DNA of 64,000 nucleotides from an uncultured Actinomycetes bacterium. Its GTDB lineage: Bacteria; Actinomycetota; Thermoleophilia; Gaiellales; Gaiellaceae. Below the pieces are notes generated by a model. The model searched no databases and was not told the DNA's origin. It worked only from the letters and a program-made list of their open reading frames with translations. The number at the start of each line of letters is the position of its first letter. Within the stretch, counting starts at the first letter, position 1. This document shows, in pieces, positions 8,772 to 19,275 of this stretch. The DNA lies in the NCBI GenBank assembly GCA_963718355.1, contig CAVQZA010000005.1, positions 122,110 through 186,109 of the forward strand, given 5' to 3'. Position numbers and translations under genes: made by a program.

Positions 8772-10526
8772 ATGCTCAGTGCGATGACGAGGCTTCGCAG
8801 CGAGCAGTGGTTCGGGGCACGGGACATCTCGGGCTTCATCCACCGCTCGTCGATCCACGCCGAGGGCATCTCGCGCGCCGCGCTCGTGGGACGGCCGGTG
8901 GTCGGGATCTGCAACTCGTGGTCCGAGCTCGTCAGCTGCAACCTCCATTTCCGCGGGCTCGCCGAGGCGGTGAAGCGCGGCGTCCTGCTCGCCGGCGGGC
9001 TGCCGCTCGAGTTCCCGGCGATCGCACTCGGCGAGAACCTGATGAAGCCCACGGCGATGCTCTTTCGGAACCTGATGGCGATGGACGTCGAGGAGTGCAT
9101 CCGCGCCTACCCGTTCGACTCGGTCGTGCTGCTCGGCGGCTGCGACAAGACCGTGCCCGGGCAGCTGATGGGCGCGGCCAGCGCGGGCGTCCCGGCGATC
9201 ATGGTCACGGGCGGCCCGTCCGAAGCGGCCTGGTTCAGAAATCAGGAGCTCGGCGCCGGCACCGATCTGTGGCACTACGCCGACGAGCTGCGCGCCGGCC
9301 GGATGACCGAGGCGGAGTTCGACGAGCTCGAGGCGGCGATGACGCCGGGTGTCGGCCACTGCAACTCGATGGGCACGGCCTCGACGCTGACCTCGCTCGT
9401 CGAGGCGCTCGGCATGTGCCTGCCCGGCACGGCGTCGATTCCCGCTGTCGACGCCGCCCGCGCCCGCGCCGCCGAGGCGACCGGCGCCCGCGCGGTCGAG
9501 CTCGCGCGCGAGGGGCTCGCGCCCGCCGCGATCCTCACCGCCAAGGCGTTCGACAACGCGATCACGACGCTGATGGCGATCGGCGGCAGCACGAACGCGG
9601 TGATCCACCTGATCGCGCTCGCGGGCCGAGTCGGCGTGCCGCTGACGCTCGACCGTTTCCACGAGCTTTCGCAGCGGACGCCGTTGCTCACGAATATCCG
9701 CCCCTCGGGCGAGCACCTCGTCGAGCAGCTGCACCGCGCCGGCGGGATTCGCGCCGTGCTGAACGAGCTCGCGCCGCTGCTCCACGGCGAGGCCCTGACC
9801 GTCACCGGTCGCTCGCTCGCGGAGGGCTTTGCCGGCGCCGCGGTGCTCGACCGCGACGTGATCGCCTCGCTCGACTCGCCGCGCGCCGCGGCGGGCGGGA
9901 TCGCGGTCATCCGCGGCAGCCTCGCCCCCGACGGCGCGCTCGTGAAGCGGAGTGCGGCCTCTCCGGAGCTGCTGAAGCACCGCGGCCCCGCGCTCGTGTT
10001 CGAGGACATCTACGACGTCGCCGCGCGGATCGACGACCCGGATCTCGACGTCACCGCCGACTCGGTGCTCGTCCTGCGCAACGCGGGCCCGAAGGGCGGG
10101 CCGGGGATGCCGGAGTGGGGCGCGCTGCCGATCCCGAAGAAGCTGCTCGAGCAAGGCGTCACGGACCTCGTGCGAGTCTCGGACGCGCGCATGAGCGGCA
10201 CCGCCTTCGGCACCGTCGTGCTCCACGTTGCGCCCGAGTCGGCAGCCGGCGGGCCCCTGCGCGCGGTGCGCGACGGCGATCCGATCGTGCTCGACGTCGA
10301 CGTCCAGCGCCTCGACCTCGACGTGCCGGCCGACGAGATCGCGCGCCGCCTCGCCGAGCTCGGGCCCGCCGAGCCGAAGTACCGGCGCGGCTACGGTGCG
10401 CTCTACCTCGAGCATGTGCTCCAGGCCAACGAGGGCTGCGACTTCGACTTCCTGCGCGCGCGAGAGGGCGAGCCACCCGAGTCGGAGCCGCTCGGGCTCC
10501 TCAGCGGCTGGATCGGCGGCTGGTAG
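8772..10526 (+). CDS. IlvD/Edd family dehydratase (sugar-acid dehydratase-like)
   Basis: LRSEQWFG N-terminus, GGCDKTVPG, GHCNSMGTAST and SDARMSGTAFG motifs. Confidence 0.9.
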   Translation: MLSAMTRLRSEQWFGARDISGFIHRSSIHAEGISRAALVGRPVVGICNSWSELVSCNLHFRGLAEAVKRGVLLAGGLPLEFPAIALGENLMKPTAMLFRNLMAMDVEECIRAYPFDSVVLLGGCDKTVPGQLMGAASAGVPAIMVTGGPSEAAWFRNQELGAGTDLWHYADELRAGRMTEAEFDELEAAMTPGVGHCNSMGTASTLTSLVEALGMCLPGTASIPAVDAARARAAEATGARAVELAREGLAPAAILTAKAFDNAITTLMAIGGSTNAVIHLIALAGRVGVPLTLDRFHELSQRTPLLTNIRPSGEHLVEQLHRAGGIRAVLNELAPLLHGEALTVTGRSLAEGFAGAAVLDRDVIASLDSPRAAAGGIAVIRGSLAPDGALVKRSAASPELLKHRGPALVFEDIYDVAARIDDPDLDVTADSVLVLRNAGPKGGPGMPEWGALPIPKKLLEQGVTDLVRVSDARMSGTAFGTVVLHVAPESAAGGPLRAVRDGDPIVLDVDVQRLDLDVPADEIARRLAELGPAEPKYRRGYGALYLEHVLQANEGCDFDFLRAREGEPPESEPLGLLSGWIGGW

Positions 10527-10527
10527 C

Positions 10528-11695
<1,168 letters not shown>

Positions 11696-11703
<8 letters not shown>

Positions 11704-12700
11704 CGGCCACCTCCAGCATCACCTTGCCGCGAGCGCCAGTCGGCTCGGCAAGCTCGTCGAACGCGTCCTGAAACCGGTCGAGCGGGAAGCGGTGCGTCAC
11801 GAGGCGCGAAGGCTGGACGCGCCGGGCGTTGAGCAGCTCGACGACGTGTGCCCAGCCCGCGGAGGTGTAGCCGAAGCTGGCGGCGAGCGTCAGGTCGTTG
11901 TTGACGAGCAGGTCGCCGGGCAGCTCGAGGGTCGAGCCGGCGGGCGCGAGGCCGAGATTCAGGACGATGCCGCCGCGGCGCACCGAGCTCAACGCCGTGA
12001 GGACGGCCTCCGTCGCGCCGGCGGCCTCGATCGCGAGGTCGAAGCCGCCGGGCGGCGGGTCGGTCGTGAAGCCGTTCGCGCCGAGGCCGAGCGCGAGCTC
12101 ACGCTGAGCCTCGCGGAGCCCGGCGACCTGGATCTCCGCAGGCGACATCAGGCCGATGAGCATCACCGTGAGCATCGCGATCGTCCCATCGCCGACGACG
12201 AGCACGCGCAGTCCGGGGCGGGGCCGCACCTTCTCGAGCCCGGTCAGCACCACTGCGGCCGGCTCGACGAGCGCCGCGTCGAGCAGCGGCACCGCGTCGT
12301 CGAGCACGTGGACGATGCGAGCCGGCACGAGGATCTGGTCACCGGCGCCGCCCTCGCGCGTGAAGCCGACCTCGTCGTAGGTGTCGCAGACGTTCGTGGC
12401 GCCGATGCGGCAACTCGCGCAGTGGCCGCACGGGATGATGCCCTCGGCCACACAACGGGCGCCCGGCTCGAGCTCGACGCCCGGGCCGACCGACTCGATC
12501 GTGCCCGACCACTCGTGGCCGAGCGTCAGCGGGTAATTGACGAATGCGGGGTCGACCTCCCCGCGGAGCAGCTCGAGATCGGTGCCGCAGAGTCCGCAGT
12601 AGGCAACGCGCACGACGACTTCGCCGGGGCCGGGCATGAGCTCGTCGCGCTCCTCGATCGCGATCGAGCCGGGCTTGTCGACGACGAGCGCGCGCCTCAT
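11696..12700 (-). CDS. Zinc-dependent medium-chain alcohol / polyol dehydrogenase
   Basis: GHEWSGTIESVG, CGHCASCRIG and VVGDGTIA motifs. True start is ATG 12700 (ATGA overlap with the IclR stop). The upstream 500 aa of ORF 11696..14200 is an artefact. Confidence 0.85.
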
Positions 12701-13503
12701 ACGACGGCTCCGAGCAGCGTGGAGATCCGGCCTGCATGCTCGCCGACGATCTGCCCGAGCTGCTCGATCCGCCACGCGGGCAGGTCGAGCTTGAGCCCCG
12801 TGACGCTGACCGCGCCGACGCAGCCGGCGGAGCGGTCGAAGACGGCCGAGCCGACGCAGAACACGCCCTCGGCATCCTCCTCGTCGTCGATCGCGTACCC
12901 GTGGCGCGCGACGCCTTCGAGCTCGGCGAGGAGCGCGGCCTCGTCGGTGATCGTGTGTGACGTCTTGCCGGGCATCCCGGCGGTCGCGAGGATCCGGCGG
13001 ACGGTCTCGGCGGGCAGTGCCGCGAGCATCGCCTTGCCGACGGCCGAGCAGTGGAGGTGCTCGCGCTTGCCGAGGTTCGCGGTGAAGCGCACCGTGCTGC
13101 TCGGCTCGTCGACGCGCCCGATCACGATCGCGTAGGACTCCTCGAGCACGGCGACCCGCGAGGTCTGCCCGGTCGCGGCGGTCAGGTCGCGGAGCACCGG
13201 CATCGCCACGTCGCGCAGGGCGATCTGCGAGACGACGACATCGCCGAGACGCGCGAGCGCCATCCCGAGGCGGTAGCGGCGCGACATCCCGGTGCCCGCG
13301 TCGGCGACGAAGCCGCCTGCGAGGAGGGTCTGGAGGATCGCGTAGGCGGTGCTCTTCGAGACGCCCAGCCCGCGCCCGAGCTCGGACAGCGTCATTCCCT
13401 CGGGCCCGGCTCCGGCCAGCGCCTCGAGCAGGAGGAACGCGCGCTCGACGCTCTGGACGCGATAGCGGTCTTCGTTCATAGGTGTTCTGTCGTCCCGAAC
13501 CAC
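12697..13503 (-). CDS. IclR family transcriptional regulator
   Basis: N-terminal HTH VQSVERAFLLLEALA...LSELGRGLGVSKSTAYAILQTL and a C-terminal IclR effector domain. Alternative start at ATG 13479. Confidence 0.85.
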   Translation of the reverse strand: MVRDDRTPMNEDRYRVQSVERAFLLLEALAGAGPEGMTLSELGRGLGVSKSTAYAILQTLLAGGFVADAGTGMSRRYRLGMALARLGDVVVSQIALRDVAMPVLRDLTAATGQTSRVAVLEESYAIVIGRVDEPSSTVRFTANLGKREHLHCSAVGKAMLAALPAETVRRILATAGMPGKTSHTITDEAALLAELEGVARHGYAIDDEEDAEGVFCVGSAVFDRSAGCVGAVSVTGLKLDLPAWRIEQLGQIVGEHAGRISTLLGAVV

Positions 13504-13604
13504 GGTTCTGAGGAGCGAACACTAACGGCCGCAGCCCGCCATTGACAGGGCGCTGCCGCCGTGAGAGCGTTTTGGATACCAGACACTGTTCGGTAGAGCC
13601 GAAC
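13497..13604. promoter_or_regulatory. Candidate IclR operator region in the divergent intergenic space
   Basis: Palindromes GAACCACGGTTC (13497-13508) and GTTCGGTAGAGCCGAAC (13588-13604). Direct repeats CGAACACTAAC and CGAACGCTAAC. Confidence 0.35.
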
Positions 13605-13614
13605 GCTAACCATC

Positions 13615-14715
13615 TTGCCCACAGCCTCCCGCATCGACGAGGTCGACTCCAAGCTCGCGCTGCTGCGCGGGCTCCTCGAGCGGCGCGGTCTCGATGCGGT
13701 GGTGCTCTCGGGCGCCGACTCGGTCGCCTGGCTGACCGGCGGTGTGACGAACCGCATCGAGCCCGGCAATCCCTCGAGTCCCCTCTGGCTCGTCGTGACC
13801 CGCGACTCGGCCGCCGCGGTGACGACCAACGTCGAGCGGCCGCGACTCGAGGTCGAGGCGGGCCTCGGCATGGAGCTGCACGAGGCGCCGTGGTTCGAGC
13901 CCGGCGGCCTCGAGCGGAAGGCCGCGGAGCTGGCCGGCTCCGACCGGGTCGGCGGCGCCGAGCTCGACGACGACCTGATCGCGCTGCGGCTGGCGCTGCT
14001 CCCGGCCGAGCGCGAGCGGCTCGCCGCGCTCGCGGTCGACGCGGCCGCAGCGCTCGAGGACGCGCTCCGTGCCTGGGAGCCGGGCGAGCGCGACTTCGAC
14101 GTCCAGGCGCGCGTCGCGTCGAACCTCGAGCGCGTCGGTGCGTTCGGCGCCTGCCTGATCGTCGGCGGCGACACCCGGGTCGAGCAGTTTCGGCATCCAC
14201 TGGCGGCCGGCGAGGCGATGAGCCGCCTCGTGATGGCCGTCGTCGTCGCCGAGCGGCACGGGCTCCATGCGGCAGCTACGCGCTTCGCCTGTGCGGGCGG
14301 GCTCGCGGACGGAGTCAGGCGCGCGCGCGAATCGGCGCTTGCGGTCGAGCGCGCGATGCTCGAGGCCTGCGCCGCCGGCACGACCTACGGCGAGGCGCTC
14401 GAGGCGCTCGCCCGGGCCTACGCGGGCTCCGGGAACCCGGGCGCCTGGCGGGAGCACTACCAGGGCGGACCCGTCGGCTACCGCCAGCGCGAGTTCGAGA
14501 TCGTGCCGGCTCAGACCGAAAGCCGCTGGTACGACACCGCGATCGAGGAAAGCCACGCGCTCGCGTGGAACCCGAGCATCGCCGGCGGCGGCAAGGTCGA
14601 GGACACATACCTCGTCGAGCCCACAGGCCTCCGGCGGCTCACCGACACCGGCTCCTGGCCGCTCGAAGACGACCGGCCCGCAGTGCTCGACATCGTCACG
14701 GGAGCAGCGGCGTGA
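13615..14715 (+). CDS. M24 family (creatinase / Xaa-Pro peptidase fold) protein
   Basis: Creatinase_N-like N-terminus (LLRGLLERRGLDAVVLSGADSVAWLTGG) and a pita-bread-like C-terminal half. TTG start. Confidence 0.65.
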   Translation: MPTASRIDEVDSKLALLRGLLERRGLDAVVLSGADSVAWLTGGVTNRIEPGNPSSPLWLVVTRDSAAAVTTNVERPRLEVEAGLGMELHEAPWFEPGGLERKAAELAGSDRVGGAELDDDLIALRLALLPAERERLAALAVDAAAALEDALRAWEPGERDFDVQARVASNLERVGAFGACLIVGGDTRVEQFRHPLAAGEAMSRLVMAVVVAERHGLHAAATRFACAGGLADGVRRARESALAVERAMLEACAAGTTYGEALEALARAYAGSGNPGAWREHYQGGPVGYRQREFEIVPAQTESRWYDTAIEESHALAWNPSIAGGGKVEDTYLVEPTGLRRLTDTGSWPLEDDRPAVLDIVTGAAA

Positions 14716-15623
14716 AGGCCGACGCGGCACTGGCGCGGCTCCACGCGGACGCGGCCACGGCGGCGCGCTTCCCCGACGGAGCCGACTTCCGGATCGAGAT
14801 CCCGAGCGTCGAGGGCCCACAGGTGCTCGATGCGGTGATCAACGCCGCGGCGGCCGAGGGCATCGTCGTCAACCGCGTCTCGCAGGGCAGCGGCGCGATG
14901 CTGCTGCGCGAGTCGGAGTTGCGCGAGATGGCCGCGCTCGGGACCGGCGCGGGAATGGAGGTCTCGCTCTTCGTCGGCCCGCGCGAGGGCTACGACATCG
15001 GCGCCCACGCGCGCACGGCGGACGGCTCCGCGCACGCGGGACAGCTGCGCGGGCTGCGCGGGCTCGCCTACGCGGCCGAGGACGTCGCCCGCGCGGCCGA
15101 GTGCGGGATCCGCAGCTTCCTGATCGCGGACCTCGGGCTCCTCGCACTCGTCACCGAGATGCAGCGCGCCGGCGAGCTGCCCACGGAGATCGTCTGGAAG
15201 ATCTCCGTGATGATGGCGCCGTCGAACCCGCTGGCGCTGCGCGAGCTCGAGCGGCTCGGTGCGACCACCGCGAACATCCCGTCCGACGTCACCCTCGACC
15301 AGCTGCGTGAGCTGCGCGCCGCGTCGTCGCTGCCGCTAGACCTCTACGTGGAGTCGCCCGACTCTCTCGGCGGCGTCGTCCGCGGCAACCAGCTCGGCGA
15401 CCTCGTCGCCGCCGGAGCCCCGCTCTACGCGAAGTTCGGGCTCAGGAACGCGCGCATGATCTATCCGGCGGGCGCGCACCTCGTCAAAGATGCATGTGAG
15501 ATCGCACGCGAGAAGGTGCACAGAGCGGCGGCCGCGCTGGAGTGGCTCGCCCGCCTGTCGCCGGAGCTGACCCAGTCTGAAGCGGGAGCGCCGGGTCTCG
15601 GCATCCCTGTGGGCAAAGCATGA
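14712..15623 (+). CDS. Conserved hypothetical protein, weakly U32-peptidase / TIM-barrel-like, translationally coupled to the M24 gene
   Basis: GTGA overlap at 14712. The segment IRSFLIADLGLLALVTEMQRAGELPTEIVWKISVMMAPSNPLALRELERLGATTANIPSDVTLDQLRELR resembles the core of U32-family proteins from memory. The Cys-rich U32 motif is absent. Confidence 0.5.
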   Translation: MKADAALARLHADAATAARFPDGADFRIEIPSVEGPQVLDAVINAAAAEGIVVNRVSQGSGAMLLRESELREMAALGTGAGMEVSLFVGPREGYDIGAHARTADGSAHAGQLRGLRGLAYAAEDVARAAECGIRSFLIADLGLLALVTEMQRAGELPTEIVWKISVMMAPSNPLALRELERLGATTANIPSDVTLDQLRELRAASSLPLDLYVESPDSLGGVVRGNQLGDLVAAGAPLYAKFGLRNARMIYPAGAHLVKDACEIAREKVHRAAAALEWLARLSPELTQSEAGAPGLGIPVGKA

Positions 15624-15655
15624 GAATCGATCCAACGAGGTCAAGAGGAGGCACG

Positions 15656-16945
15656 ATGCGCAAGGTCATGATCGGAATCGCGGCGGTGGCCGCGGTCGTT
15701 GTGCTCGCCGGAGCGGCGCTCGCTGCCACCGGCGGGAAGAGCGCCAACGTCACGCTGACGCTGTGGCACAACTACGGCACCGAGGGGAACGCGGTCGCGA
15801 CGAAGAACCTCGTCGCCGCGTTCGAGAAGGCAAACCCGAACATCACGATCAAGGTCGTCAGCCAGCCCGCGGACAACTACTTCGCGCTGCTACAGGCCGC
15901 CTCGATCTCCCACACCGGACCTGATCTCGCCGTCCAGTGGACGGGCCTGTTCGACCTCAAGTACCAGAAGTACCTGCTGAACCTGAAGCCGTACTTCTCG
16001 GCGGCCGAGCTCGCGAAGATCAACGGCGTGGCGTACATGAGCGCCGACTTCAACCCGGCCAAGGGCCTGCTCGTGATGCCGCTCGAGAACCAGTTCTACA
16101 TCGGCTTCTACAACAAGGCCCTGTTCAAGAAGGCCGGCATCGCGAAGGCGCCGCTGAGCTGGTCGGAGCTGCAGACCGACTGCACGAAGCTGAAGGCGAA
16201 GGGGATCACCCCGATGATCTACGGGGCCGACACCCAGGCGCTCGGGGCGCAGTTCTATCCGTTCTACGACTTCAGCTATCAGATGACGGGCCTCTATACA
16301 CCGGCGCAGTGGAAGAACCTCTACACCGGCAAGACGCCGTGGAACTCGCCGGCGATCGTCTCGCAGATGAACAAGTGGGTCGCCCTGCCGAAGGACGGCT
16401 GCACGAACAAGGACGTGCTGACGAAGACGAACATCCTCGGCGCGTTCGTGAAGGGCCAGGCGGCGATGCTCGTCGACGGGAACTGGGACACCGCGACCCT
16501 CCAGCAGGGCCTCGGCAAGAACCTCTCTGCGTTCGTGCCGCCGTATGCGGTCGGCAAGCAGAAGGGCGTCATCCAGTACCCGGGCGACGGCTTCTCGGTG
16601 ACGAGCTACTCGAAGCACCAGCCCGAGGCCGTGAAGTTCCTCAAGTTCCTGATGACGGCGCAGGCGGCGAAGATCATCTCCGCAGCCGGCCTGATTCCGG
16701 ACATCAAGGGCTTCCGCACCGCGAATCCGGTCTCGAACCAGATGCTCGACTTCGCGGCGAAGGACGGCTTCACGCCCTACCCGATGCTCGACAACGTGAT
16801 CCAGGGCGAGGTGGTGACGACAGCGCAGAAGCAGCTCGTTGCTGCGTTCGGCGGCGACATCTCGGTCAGCACGGCGCTCGGCAGCATGAAGTCCACGCTC
16901 GACGGGCTGCCTGCGAGCCGAAAGGGCCCGAGCTATAGCGGTTAG
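15656..16945 (+). CDS. ABC transporter extracellular solute-binding protein (family 1, carbohydrate type)
   Basis: Signal/TM MRKVMIGIAAVAAVVVLAGAALA preceded by AGAGGAGG, followed by TLTLWHNYG... Confidence 0.85.
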   Translation: MRKVMIGIAAVAAVVVLAGAALAATGGKSANVTLTLWHNYGTEGNAVATKNLVAAFEKANPNITIKVVSQPADNYFALLQAASISHTGPDLAVQWTGLFDLKYQKYLLNLKPYFSAAELAKINGVAYMSADFNPAKGLLVMPLENQFYIGFYNKALFKKAGIAKAPLSWSELQTDCTKLKAKGITPMIYGADTQALGAQFYPFYDFSYQMTGLYTPAQWKNLYTGKTPWNSPAIVSQMNKWVALPKDGCTNKDVLTKTNILGAFVKGQAAMLVDGNWDTATLQQGLGKNLSAFVPPYAVGKQKGVIQYPGDGFSVTSYSKHQPEAVKFLKFLMTAQAAKIISAAGLIPDIKGFRTANPVSNQMLDFAAKDGFTPYPMLDNVIQGEVVTTAQKQLVAAFGGDISVSTALGSMKSTLDGLPASRKGPSYSG

Positions 16946-16976
16946 CACGGCTTCCCAGCCTCGGCGGCGAAAGAAG

Positions 16977-16998
16977 GGCGGGCCGCTTGCGGCCCGCC
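16977..16998 (+). other. Intercistronic GC stem-loop (9 bp stem, CTTG loop) between the solute-binding and permease genes
   Basis: GGCGGGCCG-CTTG-CGGCCCGCC read directly. Confidence 0.5.
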
Positions 16999-17030
16999 GC
17001 CGCCGGGCCGGGATCCTCTTCTCGATCCCG

Positions 17031-17846
17031 GTGGTGGCGCTCGTCGCCTCGCTTCTGCTGCTGCCGATCGGGCAGACGTTCTACTACAGCTTCACGACCT
17101 GGGACGGGCTCAGCTCCCAGTGGGTCGGCACCGCGACGTACTCGCGGCTGTTCCACAACTCGGCGTTCATCCAGGTGCTGGAGAACAACGCGCTGATGAT
17201 CCTCGCGATCCCCGTAGCGATCGCGATTCCTTTGGGCGTTGCGTTCCTGATCAACACGCAGGTGCGCGGCTGGCGGACGTTCCGCTCGGTCTACTTCCTG
17301 CCGACCGCCGTCTCGTGGGTGGTGATCGGCTTCATCTCCGTCCGCTTCTTCCAGGACAACGGGATCCTCCAGAGCCTGCTCGACAACGTCGGGCTCGGCT
17401 TCCTGCACCCGAACATGCTCTCGCACGAGCGGTCCGCCTTGGTCGCCGTGATGATCACCTTCATCTGGTCGATGTTCGGGACGAACCTGATCATCTTCCT
17501 CGCCGGGATGGCCACGATCGACCAGGAGCTCTACGACGCGGCGAAGGTCGACGGCGCGGGCACGTTCGCGACGATGTTCAAGATCACGTTCCCGCTGCTG
17601 AAGCGGTTCGTCCAGTTCGCGTTCGTGATCAGCCTGATCACGGCGTTCAGCGCGTTGTTCAGCCTGATCTACGTGATGACCGGCGGCGGGCCGGGCTACG
17701 GGACGACGACCCTCGAGTTCTTCGTCTACCAGCAGGCGTTCTCGGCGGGCGACTTCGGCACCGGCGCGACGGCCGGGGTGATCCTCTTCGCCGCGGTCTT
17801 CGTCGTGAGCATGATCCAGCTTCGGCTGCTGCGGAGCGACGATTGA
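17031..17846 (+). CDS. Sugar ABC transporter permease (MalF/UgpA type); true start is probably upstream and non-canonical
   Basis: The TM profile and EAA-loop context (DQELYDAAKVDGAGTFATMFKITFPLL) fit. The in-frame upstream sequence RRRKKGGPLAARRRRAGILFSIP looks like the genuine N-terminus. Confidence 0.8.
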   Translation: MVALVASLLLLPIGQTFYYSFTTWDGLSSQWVGTATYSRLFHNSAFIQVLENNALMILAIPVAIAIPLGVAFLINTQVRGWRTFRSVYFLPTAVSWVVIGFISVRFFQDNGILQSLLDNVGLGFLHPNMLSHERSALVAVMITFIWSMFGTNLIIFLAGMATIDQELYDAAKVDGAGTFATMFKITFPLLKRFVQFAFVISLITAFSALFSLIYVMTGGGPGYGTTTLEFFVYQQAFSAGDFGTGATAGVILFAAVFVVSMIQLRLLRSDD

Positions 17847-17863
17847 CCGTCCGCCGGCGCACC

Positions 17864-18655
17864 ATGCAGCTCTCGATCTACGCGGCGCTGCTGCTGATCA
17901 CGCTCGTGATGCTCTACCCGTTCTGGACGATGGGGACGGCGTCGTTCCGGTCGCTGACCCAGTTCCAGCTCGGCCACGGCTGGTCGTTCACGAGCTGGCG
18001 CGAGCTGTTCCACACGCTGCCGGTATGGCGTGAGCTCGGCAACTCGACGATTCTCACCGTCGGCGCGATCTCGCTGATCCTCGCGGTCTCGACCACGGCG
18101 GGCTACGCGCTCGGAACGCTTCGTTACCGCTTCTCGGCGGTGGTCTTCCTCGTCGTGATCAGCGCGATGATGGTGCCGATGCAGTCGATGATCGTGCCGG
18201 AGTACGTGAACCTGGCCCGGCTCGGCTTCATCAACCACTACTACGGCGCGATCCTGGTCTACGCGGCGCTCGGCGCGCCGTTCTCGACCTTCCTGATGAC
18301 GGTCTACTTCCGGAGGCTGCCCGAGGACGTGATCGAGGCCTCGCTGATCGACGGGCTCGGCTACGGGAAGATCTTCTTCCGGATCATGCTGCCGCTCGCG
18401 CTGCCGGCGATCGCGACGGTGGTCGTGCTGCAGTTCATCCAGATCTGGGACGACCTGCTCGTCGGGCTGCTCTTCCTCCAGACTCCGCAGCTGCGACCGA
18501 TCACGGTCGGCCTCGCGACGGTGCCCGCGCAGCATCTCCTCAACGTGCCGGTGCTGATGGCAGGCTCGCTGATGAGCGCGCTACCGGCGATCGCCGTCTA
18601 CCTCCTCTTCCAGCGCTACCTGATCACCGGGCTGACGATGGGGATGAGCAAGTGA
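17864..18655 (+). CDS. Sugar ABC transporter permease (MalG/UgpE type)
   Basis: LYPFWTMGTASFRS N-terminus and EAA loop EDVIEASLIDGLGYGKIFFRIMLPLALP. Confidence 0.85.
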   Translation: MQLSIYAALLLITLVMLYPFWTMGTASFRSLTQFQLGHGWSFTSWRELFHTLPVWRELGNSTILTVGAISLILAVSTTAGYALGTLRYRFSAVVFLVVISAMMVPMQSMIVPEYVNLARLGFINHYYGAILVYAALGAPFSTFLMTVYFRRLPEDVIEASLIDGLGYGKIFFRIMLPLALPAIATVVVLQFIQIWDDLLVGLLFLQTPQLRPITVGLATVPAQHLLNVPVLMAGSLMSALPAIAVYLLFQRYLITGLTMGMSK

Positions 18656-19275
18656 GCGCAGTGCTCGAAGCGCTGGCGCGGGCTCGCGTGCTGCCGGTCA
18701 TGAGCGCGCCGGATGCCGACGGCGCCGAGGCTGCGTGCCGGGCTCTGCTTGCGGGCGGCGTCTCGTGCGTCGAGATCACGTTTCGCACCGAGGCCGCGGC
18801 CGAGTCGATCCGGCGGGCGAGCGCGATCGAAGGGCTGCTCGTCGGCGCCGGCACCGTGCTGTCGCCGGAGCAGGCCGAGGCTGCGGCGGCTGCAGGGGCA
18901 CGCTTCGCCGTCGCGCCGGGGACGAACGAGTCGGTCGTCGATGCCTGTCGTGAGCTCGACCTGCCGTTCTTCCCGGGTATCGCGACGCCGTCCGAGATCG
19001 AGCGCGCCCGCTCGCTCGGCTGCCGCGTCCTGAAGGTCTTCCCCGCGGCGATCGTCGGGGGCGTAGCGTTCCTCAAAGCGATGTCGGCGCCCTATCAGGA
19101 CGTTCAGTTCATCCCGACCGGCGGGATCGACCCGTCGAACCTCGCCGCGTACCTCGCCGTCCCGGCGGTGCTCGCGTGCGGCGGCACCTGGCTCTGCGAC
19201 GCCGCCCTGATCCGCGAGGGTCGCTTCGACGAGATCGAGCGCCTCGCGCGTGAAGCAGTGGAGATCGCGGCGTGA
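18652..19275 (+). CDS. eda: 2-dehydro-3-deoxyphosphogluconate / 4-hydroxy-2-oxoglutarate aldolase
   Basis: VEITFRT, GAGTVL, PGIATPSEI and the VLKVFPA Schiff-base lysine context. GTGA overlap with the permease gene. Confidence 0.85.
   Translation: MSAVLEALARARVLPVMSAPDADGAEAACRALLAGGVSCVEITFRTEAAAESIRRASAIEGLLVGAGTVLSPEQAEAAAAAGARFAVAPGTNESVVDACRELDLPFFPGIATPSEIERARSLGCRVLKVFPAAIVGGVAFLKAMSAPYQDVQFIPTGGIDPSNLAAYLAVPAVLACGGTWLCDAALIREGRFDEIERLAREAVEIAA

Noticed and set aside
12701-14200. N-terminal 500-aa extension of ORF 11696..14200
   Set aside because: The Arg/Ala/Pro-rich extension overlaps the IclR gene and runs antisense to the M24 gene. The dehydrogenase homology begins at ATG 12700, which also forms an ATGA junction with the IclR stop.
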